Part shown: piece by piece, positions 62,268-64,000 of the stretch
How the letters are laid out: each line of letters begins with the position of its first letter
Position numbering within the stretch: the stretch's first letter is position 1
Assembly: GCA_963422375.2 (NCBI GenBank)
Contig: OY729428.2
Coordinates: forward strand, 3,136,001 to 3,200,000
DNA: 64,000 nt
Direction: 5' to 3'
Source of the DNA: Bryobacterales bacterium
Lineage (GTDB): Bacteria; Acidobacteriota; Terriglobia; Bryobacterales; UBA6623
The notes under the pieces: generated by a model
The model's database searches: none
What the model was told of the DNA's origin: nothing
Seen by the model: only the letters and a program-made list of their open reading frames with translations
Position numbers and translations under genes: made by a program

Positions 62268-62762
62268 TCCGCCTGCCGCAATCTCTTATTGCTGAAGGCA
62301 TCGCGTCAGGGCGGCGCGTAATCGCAAAACGCTGAAGATCTGCCCCGCCGGACAGATTTGCCCGGGCACCATAGAGGGTTCGGCCACTGGGCTCGGCACG
62401 CCCTACCGTATCCGCACCGCGCCCAGCGGCACGCCTGCGAAGCCGACCGCCGGAGTCGAGTGCATGGGCAGCCCCTCGTGCGGAGCCGCAGGGCCTGGTT
62501 CGCTGCGCTCGAGGGCAGGCACCATCGTGACGGTGCGGCTCCTCGCAGATCTCGAGCGGCGAAGGTCCGTCGCAGGCTGCCAGCTGGCAGACCAAGCAGG
62601 CGCAATCCGATGACGCTAAGCGAGCGTTCGCGCCAATGCCGGCCGGGTCCGACGAGGCTGCGGCTCGGGACAGATCCGAGCCCGACCGGTCCATCCGCCG
62701 GTCTGATCGGCCGACCGTCGGACTCGCTACACTTCTAGATCGTCGGAACCCGGCGGCTCGCC

Positions 62763-64000
62763 ATGAAACGCCTGCGCCTCGCGCCTGCCATCCTGCTCTG
62801 CCTAGCATCCAGCCTCGCCGCGCAGGGCAGGCCCCACATTGTCGTGTTCCTGACCGACGACCTCGGCGGCGACGACACGGCAGTCTACGGTTCCCGGGAC
62901 GTGCGCACCCCGAACATCGAACGACTAGCCGCGATGGGCATGACATTCGACCGCGCGTTCGTGGCGTCCCCGGCGTGCGCACCGAGCCGGGCCGCGCTGC
63001 TGACCGGCCTGCTGCCCGCCCGGAACGGCGCGGAAGCGAACCACACCTTCCCGCTCCCCGGCACCGCGTACCTGACCTCCGCCCTAGGGGCACTGGACTA
63101 CGAAATCGCCGCCTTCGGCAAGGTCGCTCATGGCTATGACAAGCCGGAGTACGGTTTCGACTACTACTCTCGACCGCGCGTGAATCTCGCCGCGAACGTC
63201 GCCGAGTATTTGGCGGGGAGGGACTCGGACCGCCCGCTCTGCCTCCTAGTCGGAGACCGTCGGCCACACGTGCCGTGGACCACGGACAGTGTCTACGACC
63301 CGAATGAAGTCGGCCTGCCACCTTATTTCGTCGACACTCCCGAGACTCGCGTCCACCGCGCCCAGTACTTCTCCGACATCACTGGCCTCGACGAGGAGTT
63401 CGGAAGGGTCATGGACCTGGCTGGGGATCAGCTCGGAGAGGATACGATCTACCTATTCACCAGCGATCACGGCGGCCAGTGGCCGTTCGGGAAGTGGAAC
63501 CTGTACGACGCCGGCATCCGCGTGCCGCTGATCGTCGCATGGAAGGGACGCATCCGGCCCGGCACCCGAACCGGCGCTATGGTTAGCTGGATCGACATCC
63601 TGCCGACGCTGATCGATCTCGCGGGCGGAGAGCATCCGGCCTCGATCGACGGGAGATCCTTCGCGGGCGTCCTGCTGGGCAGCGTCTCCGCGCACCGCAG
63701 GCTGATTTTCACCACGCACAGCGGCGACGGCGTCTTCAACGTGTACCCGATTCGGAGCGTTCGGACCGAGCGCTACAAGTACATCGTGAACCACCTTCCC
63801 GGACACCTTCACACGAACCACTCGGACATCCTGCGCAAAGATGGCGCGGGCGCCTACTGGGACTCATGGGACAAAGCCGCCGCGACCGACCCGAGAGCGG
63901 CGGAAATCGTCAGCAAGTACTTCGAGCGTCCCGCGGTGGAGATGTACGACCTAGCCGCGGACCCCTTGGAGCAGAACAACCTGGCCTCCGATCCCGACCA
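62763..64000 (+). CDS. sulfatase (partial, runs off window)
   Basis: Signal peptide, PHIVVFLTDDLG, TPNIERLA, CAPSRAALLTG (CxPxR), PHVPW, FTSDHG, GIRVPLIV. Open to the window end. Confidence 0.92.
   Translation, partial: MKRLRLAPAILLCLASSLAAQGRPHIVVFLTDDLGGDDTAVYGSRDVRTPNIERLAAMGMTFDRAFVASPACAPSRAALLTGLLPARNGAEANHTFPLPGTAYLTSALGALDYEIAAFGKVAHGYDKPEYGFDYYSRPRVNLAANVAEYLAGRDSDRPLCLLVGDRRPHVPWTTDSVYDPNEVGLPPYFVDTPETRVHRAQYFSDITGLDEEFGRVMDLAGDQLGEDTIYLFTSDHGGQWPFGKWNLYDAGIRVPLIVAWKGRIRPGTRTGAMVSWIDILPTLIDLAGGEHPASIDGRSFAGVLLGSVSAHRRLIFTTHSGDGVFNVYPIRSVRTERYKYIVNHLPGHLHTNHSDILRKDGAGAYWDSWDKAAATDPRAAEIVSKYFERPAVEMYDLAADPLEQNNLASDPD

Noticed and set aside
1..64000. CRISPR array or rRNA
   Set aside because: No regularly spaced direct repeats and no rRNA signatures seen.

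Overview
GC-rich bacterial chromosome segment. The gene repertoire suggests Acidobacteriota (Bryobacterales/Solibacter-like), possibly host-associated; this is inference from PSD1/DUF1501 pairs, a Solibacter-type S8 protease, PQQ-like propellers, FG-GAP proteins and sulfatases. Intact genes: fabV, gamma-carbonic anhydrase family, aspS, an SDR epimerase, a Tat-signal RhmD-like dehydratase plus a DHDPS-family lyase, M1/M48/S8 peptidases, an omega-aminotransferase, a CitE/MaoC/acyl-CoA dehydrogenase cluster, a stand-alone Pgi domain, bioB-bioF-bioD, a PfkB kinase, a sugar porter, a GH95 fucosidase, an MBL hydrolase, an aldo/keto reductase, two cytochrome-c PSD1 + DUF1501 pairs, two tRNA-Arg genes and a sulfatase running off the end. 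Between them lie dead defence-type genes (GHKL ATPase, type IIG-like RM plus a paralog fragment, TIR-like fragment, C5-MTase, Uma2). Four of these remnants are cut by decayed IS elements (IS1380, IS1634, IS1595, ISAs1/DUF4338). Top hunts: (1) a small RHH protein followed by a membrane protein that looks like an archaeal DUF106/EMC3/TMCO1-type Oxa1 insertase; (2) a window-wide CCWGG to CCTAG/CCAAG/CTTGG deamination signature, with three IS ends sitting at CCTAG; (3) an apparently periplasmic sugar-acid pathway; (4) densely folded non-coding regions; (5) leaderless gene starts, one remodelled by tandem duplication. No CRISPR array or rRNA seen. All family calls come from motifs read by eye, not from database searches.
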